Assembly (NCBI GenBank): GCA_030141605.1
Contig: JAQGDQ010000176.1
Coordinates: 1 to 64,000, forward strand
Source of the DNA: Tubiluchus corallicola
Lineage: Eukaryota > Animalia > Priapulida
Reading direction: 5' to 3'
DNA: 64,000 nt
A model generated the notes under the pieces. It was given only the letters and a program-made list of their open reading frames with translations. It searched no databases and was not told the origin of the DNA. How positions within the stretch are numbered: position 1 is the stretch's first letter; every line of letters begins with the position of its first letter. This document shows positions 1 to 19,599 of this stretch, one piece after another. Both the position numbers and the translations under genes were made by a program.

Positions 1-822
1 CTACGTTACATTTTGGATTTAACAATCGATGATGCGATTATCACTTCTACTGCATGTGAACGTTACTTAGGCTGTCCATTTCATCTGATGCTAAATCTTC
101 AGAGCATTGTCAAAAACTTGCATCGGACCCTTACGCAACCATTAGCTTAATACAACACTCTCTTTCGGTCTGTTAGATGAGCAGTCATTCCTACTTATAT
201 ATCGGTCTCTAATACGCTCAGAACTTGAGTATGCCTGTCAAGTTTGGTCGCCTCATTATGAACGAGATATTGATGCTTTGGAAAATGTCCAAGATCGTGC
301 CACACACTTAGTTATGTTGAGCTTCTTCTTATGTTGTCTCTTCAGCCTCTCTACATTAGGCATCAACGAGCTGAGTTGATTCTTACTTACCAGTTGCTCC
401 TTGGCCTTGTTGATTTTGACTACAGAAATCTTTTTGTGTTGTCTAGTGATACAAGGTTCGTGGACATCATTTAAAGCTTACAAAGACTTAAGTTATACTT
501 AAGTGCATCTGTACAGTTTTGCATGTCGAGTTATAAATGTATGGAACTCTGCCATTTGAAGTTGTAAATGCCCCTAACTTAACTACTTTTAAAATTTGCC
601 TTCACAGCCATCTCTTCCAAAAGTCGTATTTTTTTTTATAATTTTCTACTTTCCATTAATTGTTATTGTTATAGGTTGTTCATCACTAATGTACATCACT
701 TGTACTGTATGATATGCTGCACTATGTTGTCCCCCTTTGTACAGGGACTACTTTGGGTAATTGAAATTGTTGTAATTTTTGCTTACCAGTCGAGCTACAA
801 TTACTATAAGTAATAATAATAA
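1..822 (+). mobile_element. Decayed 3' end of a CR1/L2-type LINE (C-terminal part of the RT ORF)
   Basis: Broken frames give YRSLIRSELEYACQVWSPHYERDIDALENVQDRA and RGHHLKL, typical of the CR1 ORF2 C-terminus; ends in a (TAA)n tail near 810-822. Confidence 0.8.
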
Positions 823-2210
823 TTTTCTTGTACTTTTTCCTGCAATAGTGACTGTCTTCAGTCAGTTAAGTGACACACGAATGCCATGTGGTGCAGTTTG
901 ATAGGCATTTTTACTGTTATGCGCAGGCAGTGCAATTCTGACTCATAAATAAATATATTATGCAGTAATAGAGCTATGTGTAATATATTTATTTATTGCA
1001 GCTCACGTATTCATATTATTTTACGACTAGACAAAGAAGAGAACTTTGTGATAGATTTGGCCATTAGGGGAAACAGCCTGTAAAAATACAGCAATGCAGT
1101 ACACAGAGACGCACAATAACTAACCGCATGCTAGGTGTCATTTTTAGCGTTCGAAATAATTTATCGTGTTGTATCGTGTCGTCTGAAAAACAGATCGTTG
1201 CTAATATTGTATCATTGGAAAAAGTAACATATCGTTCGTTTTGTATCGTTTAACATCCCTACTGTCCAGTATGGTTTCAAGACGTAAATCAGTAAAATTA
1301 TAACCTGGTTAAAAGGAAGTGTTTGTCAATTTTTTTGACTTTTGTAGCAGGCTGTTAACAGTAATTAATGAACTTCTTTAATAACAATAAAATTTGGCAA
1401 TAGTGGTAATCTTTTCATTTATAAATCTCTATTTATTGTGTTTACAGCTGTATTTTCTCAGTAAACTAAGGTAATATGAAAAACAATACAGTAGCAGTTA
1501 AAGGAAACAAGACAGCATTTTAAACTTTAGCTCAAAACAATCTACTCCATTAAATATTGAAAGGGAACATTCTGTTTTTTTAAAAAATGAGTTAGGTGAA
1601 AAAATTATTTCACGTAATCATAAAACTCCTTTTGCGATTGCACAGTTATTTTTTTACTTTTACATGCACTTAGCCTTTTGCTAGTTAGTTGGGCCATAAC
1701 AGAAACGCGTTGCAAAAAAACAGGTTCTGTACCTCTCAGTTCAGAAGTCTTCATTTGTGATGTAGTGCACATGTTCGAGAGCTCATGTGTGAGTGTAGGA
1801 ACAAACTTGAAATTTTAATTTTGGACTTAAAATTTGTGTATAAAGTTTCTGTGCATAATTTTCGTTTTCGCAAAACACATGCATCCCGTTCATGAAATGT
1901 TTATGTATTGAAAATTATGTTCACATGTGATGTCATCATTAGTTGGGCTCGCCTGCTGTTAATTATATTTTAAACTTATTATTTAATTACCAAAAATGCT
2001 TTGGCATTATCATACGTGTTAAAGTGCATACTTTTTATCGTACTTCAAAATGGGGTGGGACATGAAAATTTGTCCTGTTTCCTTTAATTGTTAAAAGTCG
2101 CATGACTGTGAAAGGAAGATTATAGTTTTTTCCGTTCAACTTATATTTTGTCAGATTTTTGTACATGACATGAAAAGTACACAATTCCTAAAGTTTGCTC
2201 TGTTTTGCAG

Positions 2211-5200
2211 CATGTTATTTCATGTATTAGTGGATGGAGGCTTGACGTATCTCTGTGCAGCTGACACATCATTTGGACGTCGTATACCTCACGCATTTCT
2301 CAGCGACGTAAGGCATTTTTCACTTTTATTAATAAACAGGAAATGATATGCTGTTCTTAACTTAGTTCTACACGCAACAAAATTATATGAGTAAAGGGTA
2401 TGAAATGCTTTTTTCTGAGATGCAATAATTGTAAGGAATGCAGGTGTGGGTGTGTCGCTGACCTGTTTCTAGAACTGTTTCTATTGACTTTGATTAAAAG
2501 TGAGTGCAGAAGTAAAAGTTTCATATATTAACTAACATAACCAAAAGTTTTTTCTTCAGTTACAGTAATTTTTTCAACTAAATTTGCAATGATACAAAGA
2601 AATTGTTACCACTTTGCTGAAGATTTAAGTTTGAATTGATCCATCCATAGTTGACCCCGAGATGCCAAAATTAGTGTTGTTTGTCAAGATAATAAAATTA
2701 AACAGCCACTTTCGATGATTAGGCTTCACAAAATGAAAAATCCATATTTGTACTATTCATTTATAAACTAATTTCCCATTTGCATTTTTAAGTTTTGTAC
2801 ACAAAATTGCTTATATTTACACATTTAGTTGACCATTTGCTCTAGTCTAAACTGTGTAAAAGTAAACTAGTATGTGAACTGCATTGCTAATTAAATTCCT
2901 GTGTTTATTCAGATACAAACACGATTCACTAGTGGCAGTTTACCTGCCCGAGCGCAAACTGCCGTAGAAAATGAGTTACAAAGAGACTTTGAGTCGGTTC
3001 TCGCTTCGCGAATGGTAAGCATTAAACCATTAGAATTTCACATTTAGTTCATGTAGACGTTATTGATTAAAATCAATGTCTCGTCTTGGAAGACTGTCAT
3101 TGATAATGAGCAAAGTTCTGGTCCCTCAACAATCCTGCTGTTGTGTATTGTTTACTGGCCCAAAGTGTTTATAACTGTACAAAAAGTGTGGTACTGATGA
3201 TAGTGTTGTATGGAGAGTTCCTGTTTTGAACAATGCTGATTATTATATTGATGGCTAAAATTTACCAAATTTTCTGTGAAAAAAAGTATCATATTTTTCA
3301 CCAAATTGCCGAAAACCTAAACTTAACGTTTTAAAAGTGTAAAATTAAATTTATTAAAACATGGTAGAATGTCGCTAATTTCTGCATGTATAGAATCAAG
3401 CTTTATCATTGTCATCATGGGCATTTTTTCTGAAATTCTTTTCTTCAGGCGATTGCAATCGGCATTCTTCTAACTACAAAGAAATTAAACTTAATTTACT
3501 TCCCACTAGATAGCAGTAACATTCTGAAGGTTTTCGACATTATGTCTATGAATGTTTTTCTTACTCTTTTTTGTATTACTAAATTGCTATATGACTACCA
3601 ATTATCCCATAGTCTCTTTTTTGTACAGTATGAAACCTCGAATTATAATATGTTCCGATCATTATTGTATAAACAGTAACCTTAGTTGCGTGTGATTTGT
3701 GTGATGTTATTTCAGGAATATTATTCTACGAGCCCTGACATAGACAGTATCACACAGACACAAGCAAGAGTAAACGAGGTGAAAGGAATTATGCAACAAA
3801 ATATAGAGAAAGTTTTAGAAAGAGGTGACCGACTGGATGACCTTCTAATGAAAACTGACGACTTGGAGGCTTCGGTGAGTAATTTGTTGTTACTCTACAG
3901 ACTTACTTACATTTGAAGTTTCACACTAGATAATCGTAATTTGTTGTGCATTAAAAATTCAACCAGACTGACATAGCTGCACGAGAAAGATAGATTGATA
4001 TGCTACCTATTTGTCCTAAAACTGACGAAAGCTAGATATGTCACACATGTTAGGGATGTTAAACAATACAAATGATTCTGCACTTGACAAGTTTATAATT
4101 TTAAATATTTCTTTTCATCCACTTCTTTGCGTAATTACCGTAAATAAATAGAAAAGGAAAACAATTTTATAAAGGTAAGTGATAAGCAATGATACATGCC
4201 AAATTCGATATGAGAATAATATTCCTAGAATAATATTGATATTATAATGATAAAAACAAATTTTTCGTATTGATACGATAATCGGTATATGTCAATAAAA
4301 TCATTATGGATACATAACGTTATCGTTAACATCCCTAACACATACTTTCTTTTTTATGTCATTGTGGTCACTTCTTATTCAGCAGCAGATCTTATTTCAA
4401 ATTTGACCATTTCTCTAAAACACTCTTTATTTTCTAATACAACTGGATTTCGTTTTATGGTCTAATAAAGTTTTCAAAAGAAGCTTGTGATATCTCAAAA
4501 TCTTATTTTTTTCTCGAAATTTCCTATTTTGATCTTCTGTGAATTTTCATGTCAAACATTGCTTTTGCGTTAATTTCTAATTTATTATAATCTAATGGTC
4601 ACATCAAACAAGTTATATATGCTTATCATTACCAATTAGAGCAAAGAAAAACTCAAATTACGTCTGTCAGCATGTACAAATAACTTCTTTGATTCCTGCG
4701 CATCTGAAAGACCTTTAAAGGACAAGAGCAGGGGTACCTGAAGTAGGTTTCAGAAAAATCGCCTTAAAAAAATTATATTACTTTACAGCATATTTATGCA
4801 TACATCGTACTCGTGTTAAAAAGAATTTATGTTTGTTTTCATTTTAAATCTCCCTCAATACTGTTCCAAAGTCGTCATTACATGACGTCACCTACTCACA
4901 CGTAAATCGGGGGAAGAAAAGGCAATGTTAAATTCACATATACTACACATACTGTGATTATTTTTTCAAACTTCACTCAATGTTATCTAAACTTCTATCA
5001 AATGACCTACCATTAAAATGGAGTCATCGCAGAAGTTTAAATTTACAAGTTTTCACGCAAGCCCTGCATGCAAAAAGGCAGTATTTAAGTATAAAATTTC
5101 AAGACGAATTTTTTAAGCTTTATGTAAGTGGAGGGTTTTCTTGAGCTTCAAGCGTATTCCAGACTTTCTGCATGTGAATTAGTGAGCTTTACATTTCGTG

Positions 5201-8200
5201 ATGCAAAAATTAAGAAAGATGTCTTTAGAATTTTTTACAATGCCTTTAAACTGTAAAGGACAAGCATTAATTTACCAAGGTAAAAATTTACTACCCAATT
5301 AGCCCAACAGCTAGTGAATTGAAGAAGAAAGACATTAAAAAGTCACGGATCAGTCTGTAGTTGAATCCAAAGCTTTGCAGCTAGAATTCGAATGTTGTAC
5401 CTCTCCATTGTTGAGCTGTAGCTTCTGTAGTGACTAAAAGAGCAAGCAAGTTCTGACTACAGTGCCCCAGTTTAAATAACATTCAATCCTGATTGGGTCA
5501 TGGTTTTTCTGCCTATTAGCCACTTGGTTTACTACCTTTAACTTAAATGCATAGATTTTTTAATTCTTTATTAATTGTGCCTTTGTACAGGTAAAGTACA
5601 TTTTTGAACAGTGACCAGCTCATTTGATTATTAAACTTCAGTATTGCACATAGATGATAGAGCTTATTACATTATCTGGCAAATACAACATTAGTTATTT
5701 ACATTTTGTGATTGTCATGGTAACTGACTACACATATTCGTAGATGCAAACAAAATTGCTATTGGCCAGTTCCTTATTTAGGCAGCTATATTTGTACTAG
5801 GCAATTATCCTTGATAAGAAAGTTACTTCACTATTACTTTCCTTATTACGTACCAGTTTCTTATACTTTCCTACACTATATTTTCTTTCATTAAAAATTT
5901 GCTGATTGTTTTATTTGCCTAGTCACCAGGGGTGACCATCAGAAAACGAATTCGAATAAATTTTTGACGTTTGAAGTCAGATCAAACCGAATTTCAAGAT
6001 TTTGAATACGAATCAAATTCAAATTTAGTCTCGTAAAGATCATACACATTGCTTGATTTTGTCCTCTGGTAAAATTCTAACATTTGTTTAAAAATATTGT
6101 ACAAAAATTGGTGCTACATTGTGCTGACTGTATGCTGTTTCAAACTTCTGATGATGCAGAACATGATGTAGCTGAGCTATGTCAATTATTCAAATCAATA
6201 ATTTTAGGCTTGAATCAGTTTGAATTAAGAAAAACTTGTCAATTCGAACATTCGATGCTCACCCCTACTAGTTACTAAACAGGTTTGCATGTATCAAGTA
6301 TTGTGGTTTATCTTTTGAAGTTTTGGAAAATTAGACTGCCCTTATTTGCTAGTCTTATTTAGCCATTATCTTGCTAGATTACTACTAAATATGGATGATT
6401 TGCAAGTCTGTTATACGCCTATGGCCTTATCTGGCAAGTTCACCCACCAAGAGCCTGATACTTAAAACACTGCCATTTCCTGTATCTGTATGGTAACCAT
6501 CTACGTCTTGCAGACTAAATTCTGTCCCACCTTTTCATTGTTGATCGTTGGAATATTATTGAGCCATTGTTAGCAGGACTGTCTAAAGTTAAACAATTTG
6601 ATTTTTCACTGAACCACTCTTGAAAGTTCTGGTACGACTTCCTAGGTTCATTCGGATCGTTAAGTTTGACACATAAAGCACACATCCTCTCTTTTGATAA
6701 AACTTTGTTTGACATCTCGATCGTATAGTACTTTTTCCAGTCAAAGTATTTGTTATAAAGTGTGTCGTTCTTATCCAACAGCAGAAGATAATCTGCCAGC
6801 TCTTTCACTGTGCCAAAGTCGCGCACATCTATGACTGAGTGCGGTGGTGTGATGGTGCGATAGTCAATGCCGCCTAGCACTACTGGTACGACATCAAATG
6901 CCAGTGAACGGAACACTTTCTCTGAAATGTAATCTTTGCAAACACTGTTTTCGAAGGCAAAGTAGAATTTGTACTGGTTTCTCAGCATATCGTTCCAGGC
7001 ACATTTCTTGCAGATGGTTTGACCGCATTGGTTTTTTCGTCCGAAAATGTCCACTCGCATATATTTCTGTAAATGATGTGCAAGTTTTTCACGTTTCGAG
7101 TCGGTGGGACAGTGTGTCACCCACCATGTTGCGAGTTTCGATTTCCTCCTCGCATAATTGATTTTTACATCGTCGGGGTTGTCCCTGCGTATAGTTTTAC
7201 CCCACAGAGTTACAATGTCCGAGTCACTTCTGTAAGTCATGGTCCAGTTAAACCAATTATTAAACCTTTGCAATGTCTTATAACGCCAGTGCAAGTGTGG
7301 CGGAGGCTCGCCTGTATAAAACACCCACCTCTGGTCATTGCGGCGAAAAGTCGGAGCGCTCATCTTACGTGGATCAAAATGGTAAATGTTCATCATGACC
7401 GCTGAGCTTTGTTTTAGCAAATTCTTATCACTGGTAACTAGACAGTTGCTTACTGGGCACTCATCAAATGACTTGAAAGATTCCACAGAGTTTTTAGTCC
7501 AGTAGAGGATGATTTTTGTATTGTTAGTAATTTCTGTTAGGTCAGTGGTGTCTGTGGTTTGCTTTTCTGGTTTGCTATGGGTAGAAAAGTATGCCTGCTT
7601 CAGCTTCATCCCCCGCAGATTTAGGTGAGCCGGCCTCCCTAACTTCCTTTCGTTTTCGTAAGTGGATAAGAAAATTATTGTAAAACAACACAAAAACACT
7701 AGCAACGTTGCTGTAGTTTTCAATTTTAATGGTTTGTTCTGGTGTTGAGAAGCATTATCTTCGCATGCACTAACACTGTTGTTTGAAAAGGTTTCCACCA
7801 TTGTTTCTATTAGCAACAATGGTTGTTATGTCTTAACAAACATTATTCAGTCTTCCATTATCAAAACAATTTATATTTATTATTGCTTAAACCACTTTCA
7901 TTTTTATTTAGACACATTTAGAAACTTACTGACATTCATTGCAAAATAACTACTGTTTTGTCAGTAGATAGAGCACAGTAGTAACTCCAACATTATGTGA
8001 ATTTATTAATTTCTAACCACTGACTTTCTCCACTTGTTTGAGTTCCACACACGCTTGACTAATGGAACTTGTTTCTGACTGCAGAGATGCTGTTCTGGCC
8101 ATTGAACTTCTAGCTGTTGCATGCTCCAGTGAGCAACTCTTTGCTATAATGGAATAGTATGTTGAACTGTTCTGAAAGCTGCCTACACATGGTAATCTCA

Positions 8201-10203
8201 ACCACAGCTTTTCTTTAGCTGTTTAAATACCGAAATTTGGTACATATGCAACACCACTACGTAAAATGCACTGAGATGTGAAAAATAATCTCAATTTCAT
8301 GACTAATGATGAAAAGGGTATCCATTTTTATTGTTATTTTTCTTTCCAAGTATGACAAAAAAATTAAAAAAATAAAAAATCAACCGGGATTTGAACCAAA
8401 GACTTTTTGGTGAGAAGATTTTTCACTAGACCAGTCAGTCTCTTGTGATTATGTGATAGGTCAAAATGTTCAGGAGATATGAGTTTTTATTCCATCATGA
8501 ATTGAAATGATGATGGTAATGGGAAAAGTACAAGCAAATGTTTGTTTATGACATTTATATAATAATACTGTATTTACCATGACAGTTATCTTCATATTTG
8601 CCTGCTAAGTCTAAAAACGTCTATGGTTGCTGAAAAACAAATTTCAAAGTATGTCCCAAAAAACTGTACAAGGTTATTACTTACGTGTTTGAAAGACTTA
8701 TGTAACTGGAAACGAACATTTTGTAATAATTTAAAATGGCACTGTATCACTATCCCAGCATGTGCCACTGACTATTAAAGCAAACACATTATTGGTCGAC
8801 AAGAATAACGTAATTAATTCATTCTTTTGCTTATTAAATGAAGAGTTTGCTACAAATGTTTTGATTATTTTTTCAAACTTTGTGCGATGTTATCTAAACT
8901 TGTTTCAAACAGAAGTTACATTACAGAAGTTTAGAATTTTATACAAGTACCAATACAAACTCTGCGAGCAATAAGGCAGTCTGTAGGCGATACAAAATTT
9001 CAAGACAGAGTTTTATAAATTTATATAAGTAAAAGACGTTCTTGCCATTTGATAAGCTTTTGCGAGGTAAAATTAAATTAGTTTTTATTACATGTATTAT
9101 TTGCCCCATGAAAATGTTGACCCAGAGAAAAGTCTGGCTTTCTGCTCACGATTAATGCCACTGATCTGCAATAGGAAAGAAATGTCACGAGTTTACTAAG
9201 CTAACAAGGATTACTTTCCGCTTAGAGGAAATTATCAAATCATATTACTATATGATTCTTAAAACTCAAACAGCCTCTTCTCCGTGAGCTGGTAGTCAAG
9301 ACCAAGGTATTACGACCCCTAGTGGATCCTGCAGAAGTTTAACATCAACCATAGCAGACAAGCAACCCATAGTAGTCATGTCATAGAAGCTTCAGTACTA
9401 CTCCTTAAAACACAAGAAACCACTCTCCATAAATTAAGCGTAAAAAAATCTGCCTAGAAATTTTATTTCACTTAAATGCTGTCTTGTTGCATGCAGGGCT
9501 TGTAATACTGTATAAAACTTGTAGGCATAGCCATTTTGATGGTAAGTCATTTGAGACTAGTTTAGATAGCATTGTGTAAAGTTTAAAAAAATAATCAGGG
9601 CATTCGTAGCTCACTCTTTGCTAACTTCGCTTTATCTTGTTAATGAGATCAATAATGTGTTTTTGGTGAATCAGTGGTGCACATTTGGATGGTAATGCAG
9701 TGCCGTTTTACCAGGTGATGCGAATATTTTAAACTATTACGAATTTTATTTTCCAATTACATAAGTCTTTCAAACAGGTAAGTATAATACTAAGAATATT
9801 GACTTAGTGTGGGGAGTTCTTTGGGGCATACTTTAAAATTCCCTTTGACCATCAATTTTACCCAATCAGATCATTATTCTTAACTGTTTTCTTTGTTTTC
9901 CAGTCTCAAACATTTCGTAATCACAGCCGCCAGGTGGCTCGGAAAATGTGGTGGAAGAACACTAAGATGATGATCTGTATGGTTTGCACAGGTATCATCG
10001 TCATGCTGGTCTTGACGCTCATCATCCTTTTTTCCCTTGGGGTTCTGCCAGTTAGTAAAGCGGCAACTACGACGACAGTTCCCGCTACTACGACACCACC
10101 TGCCACCACCACCACTCCACCGACAATTCCATCTACAACTGGACATTCGACTAGTCACATGACGACAGAAACCCCAAATGGTACATTAACTTCTGTTCCA
10201 TAA
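2211..10203 (+). CDS. VAMP7-like longin R-SNARE, 5' exons upstream of window; exons 2211-2307, 2913-3014, 3716-3874, 9904-10203
   Basis: Phase-compatible GT-AG exons encode longin (FHVLVDGGLTYLCAADTSFGRRIPHAFLSDI), R-SNARE motif (VKGIMQQNIEKVLERGDRLDDL), RKMWWKN juxtamembrane segment and a TM helix. Confidence 0.92.
4051..4337. mobile_element. hAT-type MITE (TIR TAGGGATGTTAA); a related partial copy ends at 1261
   Basis: TAGGGATGTTAA at 4051, TTAACATCCCTA ending 4337; 8-bp flanks ACACATGT/ACACATAC (6/8); internal CGATA repeats. Confidence 0.7.
4719..5245. mobile_element. Non-autonomous DNA element flanked by TTAA (Kolobok-like); related pieces at ~9420-9600 (inverted) and ~53530-53755
   Basis: TTAA|AGG...CCT|TTAA; AAATCGCCT..AAAAATTATATTACTTTAC.GCA..TTTATGCATA.ATCGTACTCG and TTTTTTAAGCTTTATGTAAGTG.AGGGTTTTCTTG recur at 53530-53750. 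Confidence 0.6.
5927..6267. mobile_element. hAT-type MITE (TIR ~TAGGGGTGAGCATC)
   Basis: CAGGGGTGACCATC ... GATGCTCACCCCTA; 8-bp TSD CTAGTCAC/CTAGTTAC (7/8); internal TTCGAA repeats; relatives at 14670-14920 and from 46731. Confidence 0.75.
6515..7801 (-). CDS. Alpha-1,3-fucosyltransferase (GT10), single coding exon, nested antisense in the last VAMP7-like intron
   Basis: Uninterrupted ORF (first ATG 7801), type II TM (ATLLVFLCCFTIIFL), FNWTMTYRSDSD and GT10 motif YKFYFAFENSVCKDYISEK, VVPVVLG. Confidence 0.95.
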   Translation of the reverse strand: MVETFSNNSVSACEDNASQHQNKPLKLKTTATLLVFLCCFTIIFLSTYENERKLGRPAHLNLRGMKLKQAYFSTHSKPEKQTTDTTDLTEITNNTKIILYWTKNSVESFKSFDECPVSNCLVTSDKNLLKQSSAVMMNIYHFDPRKMSAPTFRRNDQRWVFYTGEPPPHLHWRYKTLQRFNNWFNWTMTYRSDSDIVTLWGKTIRRDNPDDVKINYARRKSKLATWWVTHCPTDSKREKLAHHLQKYMRVDIFGRKNQCGQTICKKCAWNDMLRNQYKFYFAFENSVCKDYISEKVFRSLAFDVVPVVLGGIDYRTITPPHSVIDVRDFGTVKELADYLLLLDKNDTLYNKYFDWKKYYTIEMSNKVLSKERMCALCVKLNDPNEPRKSYQNFQEWFSEKSNCLTLDSPANNGSIIFQRSTMKRWDRI

Positions 10204-10537
10204 GTCCGAATTCGGAAAATTGCACAAAGACTTTGCGTCTCTGTTATGAACTGAAAAACCATGTAATGTGATTGTATAAATTTGTAAATCCTGAAGCTAT
10301 GTGATTGGTGAGTTCATTGTCTTGAGATATAAGTATTTAATGCAAAGCCTTGTAACAGTTGGAAGTTGTGTCTAAGGTTATCGATAGGTCAAGGTCATAC
10401 CTAATATGCCACGTTCCATGACCATAACAGCTGATCCACACATTCAAAATATATCTTAAATTAGTGTAATAAAACTTATGAACACATTTGAAATTCTGCA
10501 TCGTAAGTTTTTTAAAAAGTTATCGAGAAAGAAATAA

Positions 10538-10753
10538 GTTTTTCTATTTTGGTCATATAATGGTAAACGAGATTTGCTAATTGCTATTAAATGTGCCTCC
10601 TTTTTAAGTACACACGTTTTATATTAATACATTTGTGTCTGTAATGTTTTTCTATTCCGGTCATATAATGGTAAACGAGATTTTCTAATTGCTATTAAAT
10701 GTGCCTCCTTTTTAAGTACACATTTTATATTAATACATTTGTGTCTGTAATGT
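10538..10753. repeat. Two-copy ~108-bp tandem duplication in the probable VAMP7-like 3' UTR
   Basis: Unit GTTTTTCTATT..GGTCATATAATGGTAAACGAGATTT...GTGTCTGTAAT starts at 10538 and 10646, with few substitutions and a 2-bp indel. Confidence 0.95.
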
Positions 10754-12782
10754 ACATTTTTATCTGTTGATTTGTTCTTAAGTTGTATTATGTTACATTG
10801 ATTATGGAGAATCTAAACATATTTAGTGTTTATTAAGTTCTTTTTAATATATGGTCTTTATTATGAGGATAAAATCCAATATAATAAATTAATAATAATA
10901 ATAATGATATTCTTGCAGTTTTTGAAAATCTGTATATGTATCTGTCCATTGTTAGGATATGGTGAGGCGCATAATGTATGAAAAGTGTAAAATGCGCTAG
11001 ATTTTAAAGAAACAACTTGGTATTGGCAAAGTGCAACAGGACGAAACTGACAGATCCTCATGCGGATACCTGCAACCTGTAACACTTTACCTTCTGCAAT
11101 CTTGATAAGTTTCAACCGAAGATATTATTAGCACTAGTCTAGCAGTCTTAAATGAATATTTTTTTGAAAACAGAGGAAGCTCAGTCATTTGCAACAGTGG
11201 CTGCTCGTGTAAAGATACTACGGAACTGCAGGCCCCAATTTTCACCCGATGTTATCGATAACCTTCATTATAACGAGTCTTTTTCTCTTTAATTATTTCT
11301 TTATATTATACATTATATAACTTTTAAGCTTAATGTCAGTAGCCATCCCCTAGTTCACGAAAAAATCCTTGTATGCAACTGTGTGCTTCACAGTTCCAGC
11401 GTCGTGGACTTTGGATGTTGTGTGAGATAAGAAGCTACAGGCTAGGTAGAGAAAGCATTGTCGCTCATGCAGTGCAGATCCTGTTGTGCAAGTGTAAGGT
11501 GTTTCTTACTAGTTTAAAAGAATGGCTAAAATGTTCTGGAACAGCACCCCAAATAATTTTAGCTACGAGCCGTCACTCATTTGCAATAGACAGAAGTTGA
11601 ATTGAATTTGTTCGGCAAAGGCAAGTTTTGAAGTTAGAGATGCACAGTTGCTGGTGCAGATAGTAACTGTCATCAATACAGAATATACGCAATCTGCTTT
11701 AATCTTTCATTTCCAGACATCAGAATCTAGAACATTGATAATTCAACTTCTCTTAGTGTACTTGTCCTTTATGCATGCTCTTGAATGAATCTGTTTGAAT
11801 GATAATCCAGTCCCCAAAATACAAAAAAATGTACAAGTGTGCACTAGAAATAGTGCTGCCGGCTAATCCACCTGACTGAGCAGGCCAAGTCCACCATTTA
11901 CTTCAACTTCAACATAAAAAGACTATGCAACAGTTTTGTTAATTAAACATCTAATTTATTTAACTTTCAATATTTTAAACAATCCATTTCTGTAGAAACT
12001 AAGGCACTGCTCACACTCGTCAAACCTAACCTGATTGCACCAACCTGATTTGCCTAAGCAATTTATGCTTAGGTACAATGATAGTTATAATTACTGTGAA
12101 CTCTATTCAACAACTACTTTTTCTTTTCAACTAAACACAGTTACAGTAAGTTAAAATTTATCAAATGAAAAATGTACAGAAAAATCTGCAGCTCAGACCG
12201 GGCTTTCCAGTTGTATATTAACAATAATAAGTGGAATGTTCTCTTTGCATACTAAACAACTTTTACTACCAAGTTTTCTACGTAACTCCTCAAATTCTAC
12301 GAAGCAAAATTAAAAAGCAATCACGCACAATGTAACAATACTGCTGACTAGTTGAGCCATTCTGTCACCTAACAGTAATCTAGAACTGGTTAAAAATATA
12401 CATGCAATTCACGACACAAGATAATTTTTGTAGCTAAGTTTTCTAAAGATGTGTTTACACTTGTCTCTGACAGTGTCTGTGCATTCACATGTCTGGAAAT
12501 AGACTAATAATTTGCACAAGCTACAAAAGGAATGTGGCAAGATCTGATCAATGAGTACATCAATCGGATACATGTTAGAAGCCTAATAATCCACATCACT
12601 TGTTTGCTAAAACTTTCAAAAAAATCTTAACATCGTACTTTGCTGTACAGCCATAAAAGCAGATAGCTGTTAACCAAACAGAATATTCAATAATAAAACA
12701 TGATAATTTTCTATATAATTAATGGCGGACCACTACTAAGCACTTCTAATACATTTCTAATGTAAAACAACAAGCAAAAAGC

Positions 12783-19599
<6,817 letters not shown>

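Noticed and set aside
1562-2083. Possible Kolobok-like element (AGGGAAC...GTTTCCT|TTAA)
   Set aside because: Left TTAA is imperfect and the terminal match is too short to support a call
6898-7405. + strand ORFs of 87 and 110 aa
   Set aside because: Antisense shadows of the fucosyltransferase CDS with no recognisable motif
9880-10158. Minus-strand Gly/Val/Arg-rich ORFs
   Set aside because: Antisense readings of the Thr/Pro-rich VAMP7-like last exon
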